A DNA stretch of 64,000 bases from Octopus bimaculoides (Eukaryota): contig NC_068981.1 of assembly GCF_001194135.2 (NCBI RefSeq), positions 173,522,036-173,586,035 of the forward strand. Reading direction: 5' to 3'. Numbering within the stretch: the stretch's first letter is position 1; each line of letters starts with the position of its first letter. Shown piece by piece: positions 39,189 to 51,826 of this stretch. The notes under the pieces were generated by a model. The model ran no database searches and was not told the origin of the DNA. It saw only the letters and a program-made list of their open reading frames with translations. A program made the translations under genes and the position numbers.

Positions 39189-39598
39189 AGGAGCAGGCAT
39201 CACTGTGTAGTTAAGAAGCTCATTTGACAACCACATGGTTTTGTGTTTAGTCCCAATGTATGGTGCCTTGGACAAATGTCTGTTACTATAGCCATGGTTT
39301 GCCCAATGTCTTGTGAATGTGTAGAAGCTAGTCATATGTGTATGTCTGTATGTATATGTGTATGCATAGATGTTTGTGTTTTTGTGTATGTGCGTGTGTT
39401 TGTCTCACATTGTTTGACAAGCAATATTGAGTTATGTTGCAGTAACTTAGCAGTTCAGCAAAAAGAGACCAATAGAATAAGTGCTAAACTTAAAATATGT
39501 TATCAGGAGGAGGGATCAATCTGCTCAACTAGATTTTTTAATGTAATGTTCCAGCATGGCCATAACCCATTGAACAAAACAAGTAGAGGATAAAAGAA
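39189..39598 (+). mobile_element. SINE family A, old full-length copy
   Basis: Decayed head, GCCTTGGACAAATGTC, internal TG tract, TTCCAGCATGGCC tail block. Confidence 0.65.
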
Positions 39599-40004
39599 TG
39601 CATATGTTGTCATCATTTTATGTTTTCTTTCCATACAAGTGTGGGTTGGATGTGTGGATTGGATGTGTGGATTGGATGTGTAGCACATATTCAGGGCTTC
39701 AGCCCACTTAGATGGGAAAGGGGACCTCATAGTGCTCCTATTTCATATTTGGTTTAGTTTCTATAGCTGGATGCCCTTAACTTAATAACAAGTACTTTAC
39801 AGAATGAGAAGAATGTGTAAAAGAATGTGCAATGAAAGAATAGAAGTATGAAAGAGTGTGACTGGGGTGTCTTGACAGGAATCATCAGTAAAGATAGAAA
39901 CCTAAGGTGTGTGGGTGAAAAGAGCAAAAGGCTGACGGTAGACAGAGTGAATCAGGTTGATGATAGGTAATGCAAGAGAGGGAGGGTGAATGTTGTGTGT
40001 ACTT

Positions 40005-40250
40005 CCTTCTCGGGTCACACTGACTCATAAGGGCTAGTTTCCTGGTTTCCATGGTATATATATTCCCTACCTTGATGGGACACCAGTCCATCACAAGATT
40101 ACTCCTTTTTGCCAGCTGAGTGGACTGGAGCAACGTGAAATGAAGTGTTTTGCTCAAGAACACAATGAGTCACTCAGTCCAGGTATTGAAACCACAATCT
40201 TACGCTCATGAGTCCAACACCCCAACTACTAAGCCATGCACCTCCGCTGT
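40005..40250 (-). mobile_element. tRNA-headed SINE with CTTGAGCAAAACACTT central motif (related old copy at approx 59960-60200)
   Basis: rc head GGAGGTGCATGGCTTAGTAGTTGGGG...GTGGTTTCAATACCTGG then TTCTTGAGCAAAACACTTCATTTCACGTTGCTCCAGTCCACTCAGCTGG. Confidence 0.6.
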
Positions 40251-42106
40251 ATATNNNNNNNNNNNNNNNNNNNNNNNNNNNNNNNNNNNNNNNNNNNNNN
40301 NNNNNNNNNNNNNNNNNNNNNNNNNNNNNNNNNNNNNNNNNNNNNNNNNNNNNNNNNNNNNNNNNNNNNNNNNNNNNNNNNNNNNNNNNNNNNNNNNNNN
40401 NNNNNNNNNNNNNNNNNNNNNNNNNNNNNNNNNNNNNNNNNNNNNNNNNNNNNNNNNNNNNNNNNNNNNNNNNNNNNNNNNNNNNNNNNNNNNNNNNNNN
40501 NNNNNNNNNNNNNNNNNNNNNNNNNNNNNNNNNNNNNNNNNNNNNNNNNNNNNNNNNNNNNNNNNNNNNNNNNNNNNNNNNNNNNNNNNNNNNNNNNNNN
40601 NNNNNNNNNNNNNNNNNNNNNNNNNNNNNNNNNNNNNNNNNNNNNNNNNNNNNNNNNNNNNNNNNNNNNNNNNNNNNNNNNNNNNNNNNNNNNNNNNNNN
40701 NNNNNNNNNNNNNNNNNNNNNNNNNNNNNNNNNNNNNNNNNNNNNNNNNNNNNNNNNNNNNNNNNNNNNNNNNNNNNNNNNNNNNNNNNNNNNNNNNNNN
40801 NNNNNNNNNNNNNNNNNNNNNNNNNNNNNNNNNNNNNNNNNNNNNNNNNNNNNNNNNNNNNNNNNNNNNNNNNNNNNNNNNNNNNNNNNNNNNNNNNNNN
40901 NNNNNNNNNNNNNNNNNNNNATATATATAAAGATGGAACAAAAACAATAGAGGACAATAGTAAGATTTGGACAGATAGACGATACAAAGGCGGACAAGAG
41001 AAACAACAGTTAGAAGGACAGGCAAAAGAAGACAGGTCATTCATGGCCTTCTTTCTTCAGTCAAGTACTAGATGTCATGACCATTTCGGGCAGTTACACT
41101 TGAGATGGTTCGATCTGTTTGCCCCCAAAAAAGTCTAAGCTAAGAGCATTAGACCCCTTTGTAAAAAAGCTAGCGTATATATATCACAACAAAGACAAAA
41201 AATGGAGAACATGGAACACAATATGAATACAAACAACAAGGAATAACAACAGGTGTCTTTTGACAGAACAAATCAATTGAGCTGGCATGTATGAAGTGAA
41301 AGCCTAAAGGCAGGAACATAGAAGATGGACATAAGAGGTGTTGGTGGTCGGCAGTCAGGCCAAAAAAGAAAGATCATGGCTGGCCGGACACTGGTCATGT
41401 GGAAGGAGGAGAGATGGGTAGGGGGCAGTGAGATTGAAGGATTAGAAAAAAATCACAAACAAAGAGAAAGGTACAGAGGAGATAAACGAGTGGGAAATAG
41501 TGGGAGTTAAAGAAAGAGAGGGCCAAGAATTACAAAAATTACTACCTGCTTTTATAGCAAGTTAATGCAGGTAGTTTATCCCATCCCACTCTAACTTTTA
41601 GTTCAAGCAATTGAAAAATCTGCATTATTTATGGGATGACCCAATATATGTGTGTGTGTGTGTGTGTGTNNNNNNNNNNNNNNNNNNNNNNNNNNNNNNN
41701 NNNNNNNNNNNNNNNNNNNNNNNNNNNNNNNNNNNNNNNNNNNNNNNNNNNNNNNNNNNNNNNNNNNNNNNNNNNNNNNNNNNNNNNNNNNNNNNNNNNN
41801 NNNNNNNNNNNNNNNNNNNNNNNNNNNNNNNNNNNNNNNNNNNNNNNNNNNNNNNNNNNNNNNNNNNNNNNNNNNNNNNNNNNNNNNNNNNNNNNNNNNN
41901 NNNNNNNNNNNNNNNNNNNNNNNNNNNNNNNNNNNNNNNNNNNNNNNNNNNNNNNNNNNNNNNNTAAATGTCATAAGATAAAGATAATAATATTAATTTT
42001 TCTATATGTGATAGTGGATTTTCATCGATGAGTTCATGAAACTTGGTTCTTTTCCCTAAAACTATATATTGATATATATATATATATATTCACACACACA
42101 CATACA

Positions 42107-42348
42107 CACGTAAAAAAGACCATTTTGAGCGTGGCTGTTGCCAGTACCGTGTGACTGGCCCTCGTGCCGGTGGCATGTAAAAGCACCCACTACACTCTCG
42201 GAGTGGTTGGCGTTAGGAAGGGCATCCAGCTGTAGAAACTCTGCCAGATCAGATTGGAGCCTGGTGCAGCCATCTGGTTCACCAGTCCTCAGTCAAATCG
42301 TCCAATCCATGCTAGCATGGAAATCAGACGTTAAACGATGATGATGAT
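42107..42348 (+). mobile_element. Young RTE 3' end
   Basis: Family match; (GAT)n tail. Confidence 0.85.
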
Positions 42349-42821
42349 ATATATATACATATAAATATATATATACACATATACATATATGTATATACAT
42401 ATATACACACACATATACATATGTATGAATGCCCATAAAGGATTATATGATTAACTCCATTGGGAACATTGATTACATCTACTGAGGTATGTGAAATTTA
42501 AAAGGAAAGTAAATAAATAAATAAAAGATAACCTAACCATTGTCTCAATTAGAGAAAATGAATGAGAAAGTAGCAACTACACACATTCATAATTACTCTA
42601 TTTACTTAATTTGAAAGGCAATCTCATTATGTTTGATGATTCGCCACACACACACAGAGGCAAACCCACACACACACACACCTATGCATGCATGCATATG
42701 CATACACACTTCTTCCGTAAAAGATTATGAAGCATTAGTATTAGTTGGTATGCATACAATATGTGCATGCATGCATGAGTGTATATATGAATATATATAT
42801 GCACACATGTATGTATGTATA

Positions 42822-43202
42822 GGTGCAGGAGTGGCTGTGTGGTAAGTAGCTTACTTACCAACCACATGGTTCCAGGTTCAGTCCCACTGCGTGGCACCTT
42901 GGGCAAGTGTCTTCTACTATAGCCTCAGGCCGACCAAAGCCTTGTGAGTGGATTTGGTAGATGGAAACTGAAAGAAGCCCGTCGTATATATGTGTATATA
43001 TATATATGTGTGTTTGTGTGTCTGTGTTTGTCCCCTCACCATCACTTGACAACCGATGGTGGTGTGTTTACGTCCCCATAACTTAGCGGTCCGGCAAAAG
43101 AGACCGATAGAATAAGTCCTGGGGTCGATTTGCTCGACTAAAGGCGGTGCTCCAGCATGGCTGCAGTCAAGTGACTGAAACAAGTAAAAGAGTAAAAGAG
43201 TA
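42822..43202 (+). mobile_element. SINE family A, full length
   Basis: GGTGCAGGAGTGGCTGTGTGGTAAG head to GTAAAAGAGTAAAAGAG tail. Confidence 0.9.
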
Positions 43203-43231
43203 TGTGTGCATGCAGGTATGTGTATACATAT

Positions 43232-43436
43232 TCTTTTACTTATTTCAGTCATTTGACTGTGGCCATGCTGGAGCACTGCCTTTAGTCAAACAAATCGACT
43301 CCAGGACTTATTCTTTGTAAGTTCAGTACTTATTCTATTGGTCACTTTTGCCGAATTGCTAAGATATGGGGATGTAAACACACCAGCATCGATTGTCAGG
43401 CAATGATGGGGGGACAAACACAGACACACAAACATA

Positions 43437-43469
<33 letters not shown>

Positions 43470-43602
43470 GACAGGCTTCTTTCAGTTTCCGTCTACCAAA
43501 TCCACTCACAAGGCTTTGGTTGGCCCAGGGCTATAGTAGAAGACACTTGCCCAAGATGCCACACAATGGGACTGAACCTGGAACCATGTGGTTAGTAAGC
43601 AA
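43232..43602 (-). mobile_element. SINE family A, near full length, tail-to-tail with the previous copy
   Basis: Reverse complement of 42850-43195; 29 nt spacer. Confidence 0.9.
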
Positions 43603-43628
43603 ATGTATGTATGTATGTCTGAATGTAT

Positions 43629-43666
<38 letters not shown>

Positions 43667-43668
<2 letters not shown>

Positions 43669-44317
43669 TAATCATCATCATGATCATCATCGCTTAATGT
43701 CCGTTTTCCATGCTAGCATGGGTCGGATGGTTTGACCTGGGTCTGGGAAGCCAGAAGGCTGCACCAGGCTCCAATCTGATCTGGCAGTGTTTCTACAGCT
43801 GGATGCCCTTCCTAACACCAACCACTCTGTGAGTGTAGTGGGTGCTTTTTACATGCCACTGGCACAGGGACCAGAGGAGGCTGGCAACAGCCACGATTGG
43901 TTGGTGCATTTTACATGCCACATGGAAGTCAGTCAATGGCAGTGCTGGTATCGGCCACGTTCAGATGGTGCTTTTTACGTGCCACCGGCACAGGTATCAC
44001 AAATGCAATTTCCATTTGATTTTTATTTTGGTGTTGATGTACTTGACTCAATAGGTCTCCTCAAGCACAGCAGGTTGTCCTATAATCCAAGGTAAGCACA
44101 GCAGGTCACCCCACGATCCAAGGTACTTTTGAATGGGCTGGGGCTCACATTTCTTAAAAATTGTGGTCAGGCCTTGGTCTCAGGACCACTCATGTCTAGA
44201 AACTGAGTTTGGGGGTAAGCAAGGGCATGCTCCCCATAGAAAATCCAGCTCCAAAAAAGCCTCATGATAGCAAGGGTGAATGGGCACTAGCCAGCCCAAA
44301 GTTTGGGGCAGGCTGCA
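43667..44317 (-). mobile_element. RTE-type element: 3' UTR, ORF end (AVLEET), 31 bp tandem duplication, then non-RT upstream sequence cut by a 10-N join
   Basis: (CAT)n tail at 43667; rc CCTGCTGTGCTTGAGGAGACC at 44054-44074; 31 bp units at 44063-44093 and 44094-44124. Confidence 0.7.
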
Positions 44318-44687
44318 NNNNNNNNNNATGAATTATGCTTTTAATTTTAAGTAATATTATTAAATGTTTTTCATTTATTTATTGTATTAACACATATTTT
44401 TCTATATTTATTTCTATTTTTAATTAATTATTATGTGGTAAGATACGTACATTGATTTTTTATTTTATTCTAGACCCGATGAGTGACTATATTTTTAAAT
44501 AGAATTAAATTTGGATCGATTTATTTTTGAATTGAATTGATTTTATCTGTTTTAATATAGCCACGAAATGCGTGTAGTCAACTTAGTACTATTTACTTTT
44601 TATGCTTTATTGAATTCTTAGATTAGTATTTTTATAGTGTATTTTTTTCTGGGTGGTGTCATTGAGGCATGGAAAGCGGACGTTAAA

Positions 44688-44719
<32 letters not shown>

Positions 44720-44723
<4 letters not shown>

Positions 44724-45190
44724 CTTTTTTACTTGTTTCAGTCATTTGACTGCGGCCATGCTGGAGCACCACCNNNNNNNNNNTATATATATATATATAT
44801 ATATATTACTTTTTTACTTGTTTCAGTCATTTGACTGCGGCCATGCTGGAGCACCACCTTTAGTCGAGCAAATCGACCCCAGGACTTATTTCTTTTTTTG
44901 GAAGCCTAGTACTTATTCTATCGATCTCGTTTGCCGAACCACTAAGTTACGGGGACGCAAACACACCAGCATCGGTTGTCAAGCGATGTTGGGGGGACAA
45001 ACACAGACACACAAACACATACATATATATATACGACGGGCTTCTTTCAGTTTCCGTCTACCAAATCCACTCACAAGGCTTTGGTCAGCCCGAGGCTATA
45101 GTAGAAGACACTTGCCCAAGATGCCATGCAGTGGGACTGAACCCAGAACCATGTGGTTGGTAAGCTAGCTATTTACCACACAGCCACTCA
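44720..45190 (-). mobile_element. SINE family A, full length; tail duplicated across the 10-N join at 44774-44783 (assembly overlap)
   Basis: Family match; identical ~50 bp either side of the join. Confidence 0.85.
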
Positions 45191-45885
45191 ATATTATACA
45201 TATATATATATCATATATGTATCACTATATATATATGTATCACTNNNNNNNNNNNNNNNNNNNNNNNNNNNNNNNNNNNNNNNNNNNNNNNNNNNNNNNN
45301 NNNNNNNNNNNNNNNNNNNNNNNNNNNNNNNNNNNNNNNNNNNNNNNNNNNNNNNNNNNNNNNNNNNNNNNNNNNNNNNNNNNNNNNNNNNNNNNNNNNN
45401 NNNNNNNNNNNNNNNNNNNNNNNNNNNNNNNNNNNNNNNNNNNNNNNNNNNNNNNNNNNNNNNNNNNNNNNNNNNNNNNNNNNNNNNNNNNNNNNNNNNN
45501 NNNNNNNNNNNNNNNNNNNNNNNNNNNNNNNNNNNNNNNNNNNNNNNNNNNNNNNNNNNNNNNNNNNNNNNNNNNNNNNNNNNNNNNNNNNNNNNNNNNN
45601 NNNNNNNNNNNNNNNNNNNNNNNNNNNNNNNNNNNNNNNNNNNNNNNNNNNNNNNNNNNNNNNNNNNNNNNNNNNNNNNNNNNNNNNNNNNNNNNAATAA
45701 TAAATTGAACAATTATAAATTCTATTCCATTTAAATATTTTATACAAACAAATGACTCATCTTGTAGATCTTCTTTGTCTTCCGGAACATTTCTTCCATC
45801 AGCTTCAAAGTTATCTCTAATATGAATGATTGTAAGTCGACTAGGTGGATGTGCTTGAAACTCCCTTCTAAATTGTCTAAATTGT

Positions 45886-45916
<31 letters not shown>

Positions 45917-46476
45917 TTATATGTATATATTATATTATAAATATGTTATATATACATATATCATATCATATTATATTAAATCATATATGTAACATGGGCA
46001 GTAGTTTTACACTCTGATCTCATGCTGACCAAAGACTTGTGAGTGTATTCGGTATATGGAAACTGAAAAAAAACACCTTATTGTATAATGATGTAAGTTT
46101 GTGCATGGGTGAGTGTGTATGTGTGTGTGCATGGGTGTGTGCGTGTAAATGTGTATGTGTCTGTGTGAATGTGTATGTGTGTATGTGTCTGTGTCACACA
46201 TGCACAGTTACACACACATACATACATACAAAATATTCAAAGAGTGACATCACTGTTTGCAGCTCAGCCGCAAATGACGACATCACTGTTTATGGTTGGA
46301 CTGCAATTGGTGACATTTGTTTACATTTCCTATGAACAAATTGCCCACTAACTCCCTGCTTTTCAGCCCTATCGGAATTACAATAAAATCCTTTATTTGA
46401 ACAATTGGTAAGGTTTAGCGACAACTAGTATATCCAGCCCTAAAAATCATTCCATTAAAAAATTTATTTGCTTAAA

Positions 46477-46515
<39 letters not shown>

Positions 46516-46525
46516 NNNNNNNNNN

Positions 46526-46684
46526 GTTTTTACGCTCTAAGCGAGTTCAAATTCCGCCGAGGTCGACTTTGCTTTTCATCCTTTCGGGTTCGATAAAATA
46601 AGTACCTGCCGAGCAGTGATGTAATCACCTTAACCCCTTTCTCAAACGAAATTGCTGGCCTTGTGCCAGAATTTGAAACCAATA
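46526..46684 (+). mobile_element. SINE family B, CpG-retaining
   Basis: GCGAGTTCAAATTCCGCCGAGGTCGACTTTGC...TTTCGGGTTCGATAAAATAAGTACC. Confidence 0.85.
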
Positions 46685-47902
46685 TAAGAGAAAAATGTAT
46701 GGGTATGTATTCCGTTACCACCACCATCATCATCATGATTCGGCATCTATCTGGGGACACAATTACTAGCCCCGAAAACATCATTTCCCATTTTCCTGCC
46801 CAACTGATGGAGCTTTGTTCCAATTTCATTTCAGCATGTCCTTGTTTATACCCTGCATCCCAATATAACTAGCTAAACCATAAGTACATAAACCAGGTAC
46901 TTTTTGACGAAACTTCGGGCGATACAAATAAATTTTGTCGTATTCATGGCTATTAAACTTGTGTGCCTGTGTATTAGGTGTATATATTATATATAAATAA
47001 GCATATATATATAATGTACGTGAGTGTGTCTGTGTTTATGTTACACCGGTCTAAAAACTGGTTCTGTTTATGTTATATCCCATTATGTCCCCTAACCTGG
47101 CAACTGAACATGCATTATTCGACAAAATGTGTACCAGAGTGGAATAGGTACTGGGGTCGATAAAGCTGACCTAAAGCCCTGAAAACAATGCTCCAGCATG
47201 ATCACAATACAACTACTGAGATCAGTAAAAGATGACTTTTTTTTAGGAAGACAGAAATATAGAAACGCAGAAATGGAAATGAATCATACATATGTCGCGC
47301 AGAGCGCATGAAGAGAGAAAGAAAGCGAGAGAGGTATATATATATATATATATATATNNNNNNNNNNNNNNNNNNNNNNNNNNNNNNNNNNNNNNNNNNN
47401 NNNNNNNNNNNNNNNNNNNNNNNNNNNNNNNNNNNNNNNNNNNNNNNNNNNNNNNNNNNNNNNNNNNNNNNNNNNNNNNNNNNNNNNNNNNNNNNNNNNN
47501 NNNNNNNNNNNNNNNNNNNNNNNNNNNNNNNNNNNNNNNNNNNNNNNNNNNNNNNNNNNNNNNNNNNNNNNNNNNNNNNNNNNNNNNNNNNNNNNNNNNN
47601 NNNNNNNNNNNNNNNNNNNNNNNNNNNNNNNNNNNNNNNNNNNNNNNNNNNNNNNNNNNNNNNNNNNNNNNNNNNNNNNNNNNNNNNNNNNNNNNNNNNN
47701 NNNNNNNNNNNNNNNNNNNNNNNNNNNNNNNNNNNNNNNNNNNNNNNNNNNNNNNNNNNNNNNNNNNNNNNNNNNNNNNNNNNNNNNNNNNNNNNNNNNN
47801 NNNNNNNNNNNNNNNNNNNNNNNNNNNNNNNNNNNNNNNNNNNNNNNNNNNNNNNNNNNNNNNNNNNNNNNNNNNNNNNNTATATATATAATAATAATAA
47901 TA

Positions 47903-47940
<38 letters not shown>

Positions 47941-48286
47941 TACAAATCAGCAAAGTAAAAACGATAGTGTATTTAAGTGTAGTTTTGAATGGTTACAATG
48001 ATTAACTCGATGAAATTTTCTTAATCTCAACACGATGTAAGATGAAATCATTTGTCGTACAAGTGCATGTTAAGAACAACATATCTATCTTACACACACA
48101 TACATATAAGACGTAAGTATATGTAATATATGTGTAATAAATGCTATATAATATGATATAAATATGACATTTGTCATGTTAGATGATGGCACGTTCAGCA
48201 AAATTTAACTATGGATGACGTTTTCTCATTCTTACTTACGAAGAAACAAAACATTATACACATATACACACACCAAATTATAACCA

Positions 48287-48317
<31 letters not shown>

Positions 48318-48402
48318 GTATGTATGAATATGTCTATCTATCTATCTATATGCACACAAACACAAATAAATGCATGCATACATATATACATAAATGAATA
48401 TG

Positions 48403-48482
<80 letters not shown>

Positions 48483-48560
48483 ATAATTTGTAATACTTAC
48501 TCAGTATTGGAATTGTTGCATTCACTTGACGGCACTTGAGCATATCTAGCATAGTTGAAG

Positions 48561-48568
48561 TATAAAAG
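48561..48568 (+). promoter_or_regulatory. Candidate TATA box inside the CpG-retaining domain
   Basis: TATAAAAG followed by GC-rich CGGAGCGACCAGGCG; consensus donor GAGG|GTAAGA at 48745/48746; the motif alone is weak evidence in AT-rich DNA. Confidence 0.25.
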
Positions 48569-49034
48569 CGGAGCGACCAGGCGATCTTATAGGATTATAA
48601 ACAAAAGGTTTGCAATGAAAGTACGAAATACATTTGGCATCAGAGTGGATATCACCTGTATCGAAGTGCCACTTGTGTGATGATAACCTAGTCATCGCCA
48701 TCGCTAGCTACTACAGCAGCAAGGTATTATTAATCGACGGGGAGGGTAAGAAAGAAGAGAAGAAAGCACATATATATGGGTGTGTGTTTGTGTATACATA
48801 CGTGTACGTGATGTATTATAATATTATCTGTGTATAGACGCGTACGCATAGACATACATATATGTATATTGCCACTGCTGTCGCTGGTTGACTGCTATTG
48901 GATGACTCGTTTTTACCCCGTCACTGGCATCGATGTTCAATAAGCTTTGAGAATCAAGCAAGCAACCTCGATTATTAGTGTAGAAATGCAGAGCTCGTCT
49001 AACCACTCACACTACATGAACACTTGCTAACAAA

Positions 49035-49246
49035 CAAGGGAGCCTCTACGTGGTTGTTCGGCTTGCTAGAAAGAGCAGCCAAATTGTCTTTGAATGACAC
49101 CCTGCTATCTTGAAATAGAGAACGCATTGGATAATGTATTTAAAAAAAAATCTTTTTGATATCCCTAAAAAGACAGGATGGTCCTAGTTAGAACTCCTTT
49201 ACGCTCAATCAGAACTGACTTGGGGGTGGGGCCCTAAACAACAACT
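49035..49246 (+). mobile_element. Family C SINE remnant, CpG-retaining (another at 51128-51292, -)
   Basis: TACGTGG...GCTAGAAAGAGCAGCCAAAT...CATTGGATAATGTA...AAACAACAAC. Confidence 0.7.
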
Positions 49247-49312
49247 GGCTATTATTCGAATGCACAATGGCACACATATTCACACATGTATATACAGGTA
49301 TGCATACATACA

Positions 49313-49376
<64 letters not shown>

Positions 49377-50877
49377 ATATAGGATACACTTACATGCGCG
49401 CGCGCGCGCACACACACACACACACACACAGATATATGCAATGCTATACACTTAGAAGCTCGCACATGCATGTATTACTCTCTCTTTTACAGTTTAGGCC
49501 CCTCTCAGTCCTAAGTTATGATTTAAGGCACTGAAGGCGCGAACATCTCGATTTTCATTTTATTTTTCGAGGCGTAGTGTAGCACTGGGCAACAACTATT
49601 ACCCAATGGTACCCTTCCCCTTTTAATACAGTAGAATGTGATGAAAGAGATTTGTGTGCTATTTCTAGCAGATTGAGCGATCACGTGAAGCCTTATACTT
49701 TGGTTCGTCGTTATTTCTGTGTGTGTGCATACATTTATACATATGCATACATTTATAGAGTTGAACCTCATTATCGATTTGCTCATAAGGGCACTATTTG
49801 CTGACTTTATCCTTAAGCGGCGTAAATCAGCTGGCAACTCATCATTACTAGCTAATGAATTGCTTGTCAGTTTCCCTATTGTATCTGTACACAACTTGTT
49901 TATTTATAAGCTGTAGCAAGACCACGATAGTTATGCAATTCATGTCCATGGACGACATGCATCTCCATGGTGGGACGTGAGCCAACACCCTACTCAGACA
50001 TGTACATACAAAACTATGGTTAGTTATATTATTATGAATGTAGATACACTAATGTGAGATGTTCACTTATAATTATAAATAACTGAATGTAAATCATTGC
50101 CCTTGTTATTGTTGTGATTATTTATTTCGTTTGTTACCTCGGTCCGTGGCGATTTGTAAACCAGGCGAGTGACCCGATTTAAGTAACCAATCTAGATCTC
50201 TTCATTCAGTTTTGGTAATGTTCTTCTCATTTCTTATAAAAAATATTTAAAAATAAAAAATGAAATAATGATGTAAAGGAACCCAATAATTAAATATGTA
50301 TATTAAAAATTATATGCTTCTTTAATTTTTCTTTAATTACTAAACATTTGATGCCCTTAATTTACAACTTAACATGCCATAATTCGTTGAGAAAACATAA
50401 TTTACAAAACTGGAAAATGGAGAGAAAAAAAATGTAAAATGGAAATTAGTAATTAAATTATCAAAATAGAAACGTACACATTCCTTCAATTATATACCGC
50501 GCTAGAGGAAACTGGTATTACCCTCTAAAAATTTTAAGACACTCCAAAGCAGTTGCAGTATTACAGCTGTTGATTGCATAATTGAGGCACAGTTCCGCGT
50601 TTTAACTGGCTTATGTGAATTTACTATCCCCAAATATACTAACCTTAAAAATATCAGTAGCATATTGAAAATATTCTTTATTCTCTCTTTATACTCTAGA
50701 AACTAGAAATGCAATTATTTAGGGGTAGATGGAATAACTTTAGAAAATAACTTCTAAAAATGCGCACCGCGTTCCCTTTTTCTAGATTTTTATTTTCCCC
50801 CAGGAACTTCAGAGTTGCGACTTAAAATATAAACCAGCCTCTTAGATTCAATAACATCAAAAATAATTCTTTTCTAC

Positions 50878-51024
50878 TATAAGCACAAGGCCTGAAATTT
50901 TGTGGGACGGGGTTAGTCGATTTCATCGACTTGACTGGTTCTTATTTCATCGGCCCCGAAAGAATGAAAGGCCAAGTCGATCTCGGCGGAATTTGAGCTC
51001 AGAACGTAAAGAGTTGGAAGAAAT
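50878..51024 (-). mobile_element. SINE family B, diverged but CpG-retaining, 5'-truncated
   Basis: GCACAAGGCCTGAAATTTTG...GTCGATTTCATCGAC...CCCCGAAAGAATGAAAGGCCAAGTCGATCTCGGCGGAATTTGAGCTCAGAACG. Confidence 0.8.
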
Positions 51025-51780
51025 GAATAATAACTATAATAATATACTACTCTGTATATGGGATATTTTTCTTGTCAGTCTACTGGAAGCTGTAGACTGT
51101 TAAAATCTAGAATTAAATTGGCATTGATGATTATTTTTCTTTGGTTATTAGCCCTAACTCAGCTTTGATTGAGCACACCTATAACCAAAGTCATTCCAAC
51201 CATGACTATCCCGTCTTTTTTATATACCAAGGACTACATTACCTCTATTTTTAAGATCGTAGGGTGTGATTTGCGGGAGATTTGACTGCAGATCGTATAA
51301 CCCTATTGGCTTGACTGTGTAAACTGGCACCATTGTGAAAGTAAGGAATATAGAATAAAATCTAATGAAATAAAAGCATTTAATATTGCGGAATACAGTA
51401 CATTGTGATAGTTCTCTACTGTTATTGGCGATCATTGGTTTAAACCAGAGATGGCCCCGTTATTATCAAATTATTAAAAGGGTTTTTCTTCGTCTGATTT
51501 TTTAAAATCGGCATGACCGCAACCCATATAATGTGAGTGATATTTTTTCTTCTAGTCGTTGTACTTGGAATTAGAACACGCATGTTCAAAAATTGTTCGT
51601 AACAATATGTATATTTTATTTGTCTGAAGGGGAAAAAAAAAACGCTTTATATACACTCATATTCATACTTCTCATGCGCATACAAAGCAGCATATACGGC
51701 CGTATACGTATACATGTGTGCGTTGTTTTATATACATAGATACACTGACATCACCATCAGCATCACAAATCACCACCACC

Positions 51781-51826
<46 letters not shown>

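Noticed and set aside
47885-47940. (AAT)n(ATT)n palindrome
   Set aside because: Simple-repeat junction next to a gap; assembly reliability is low
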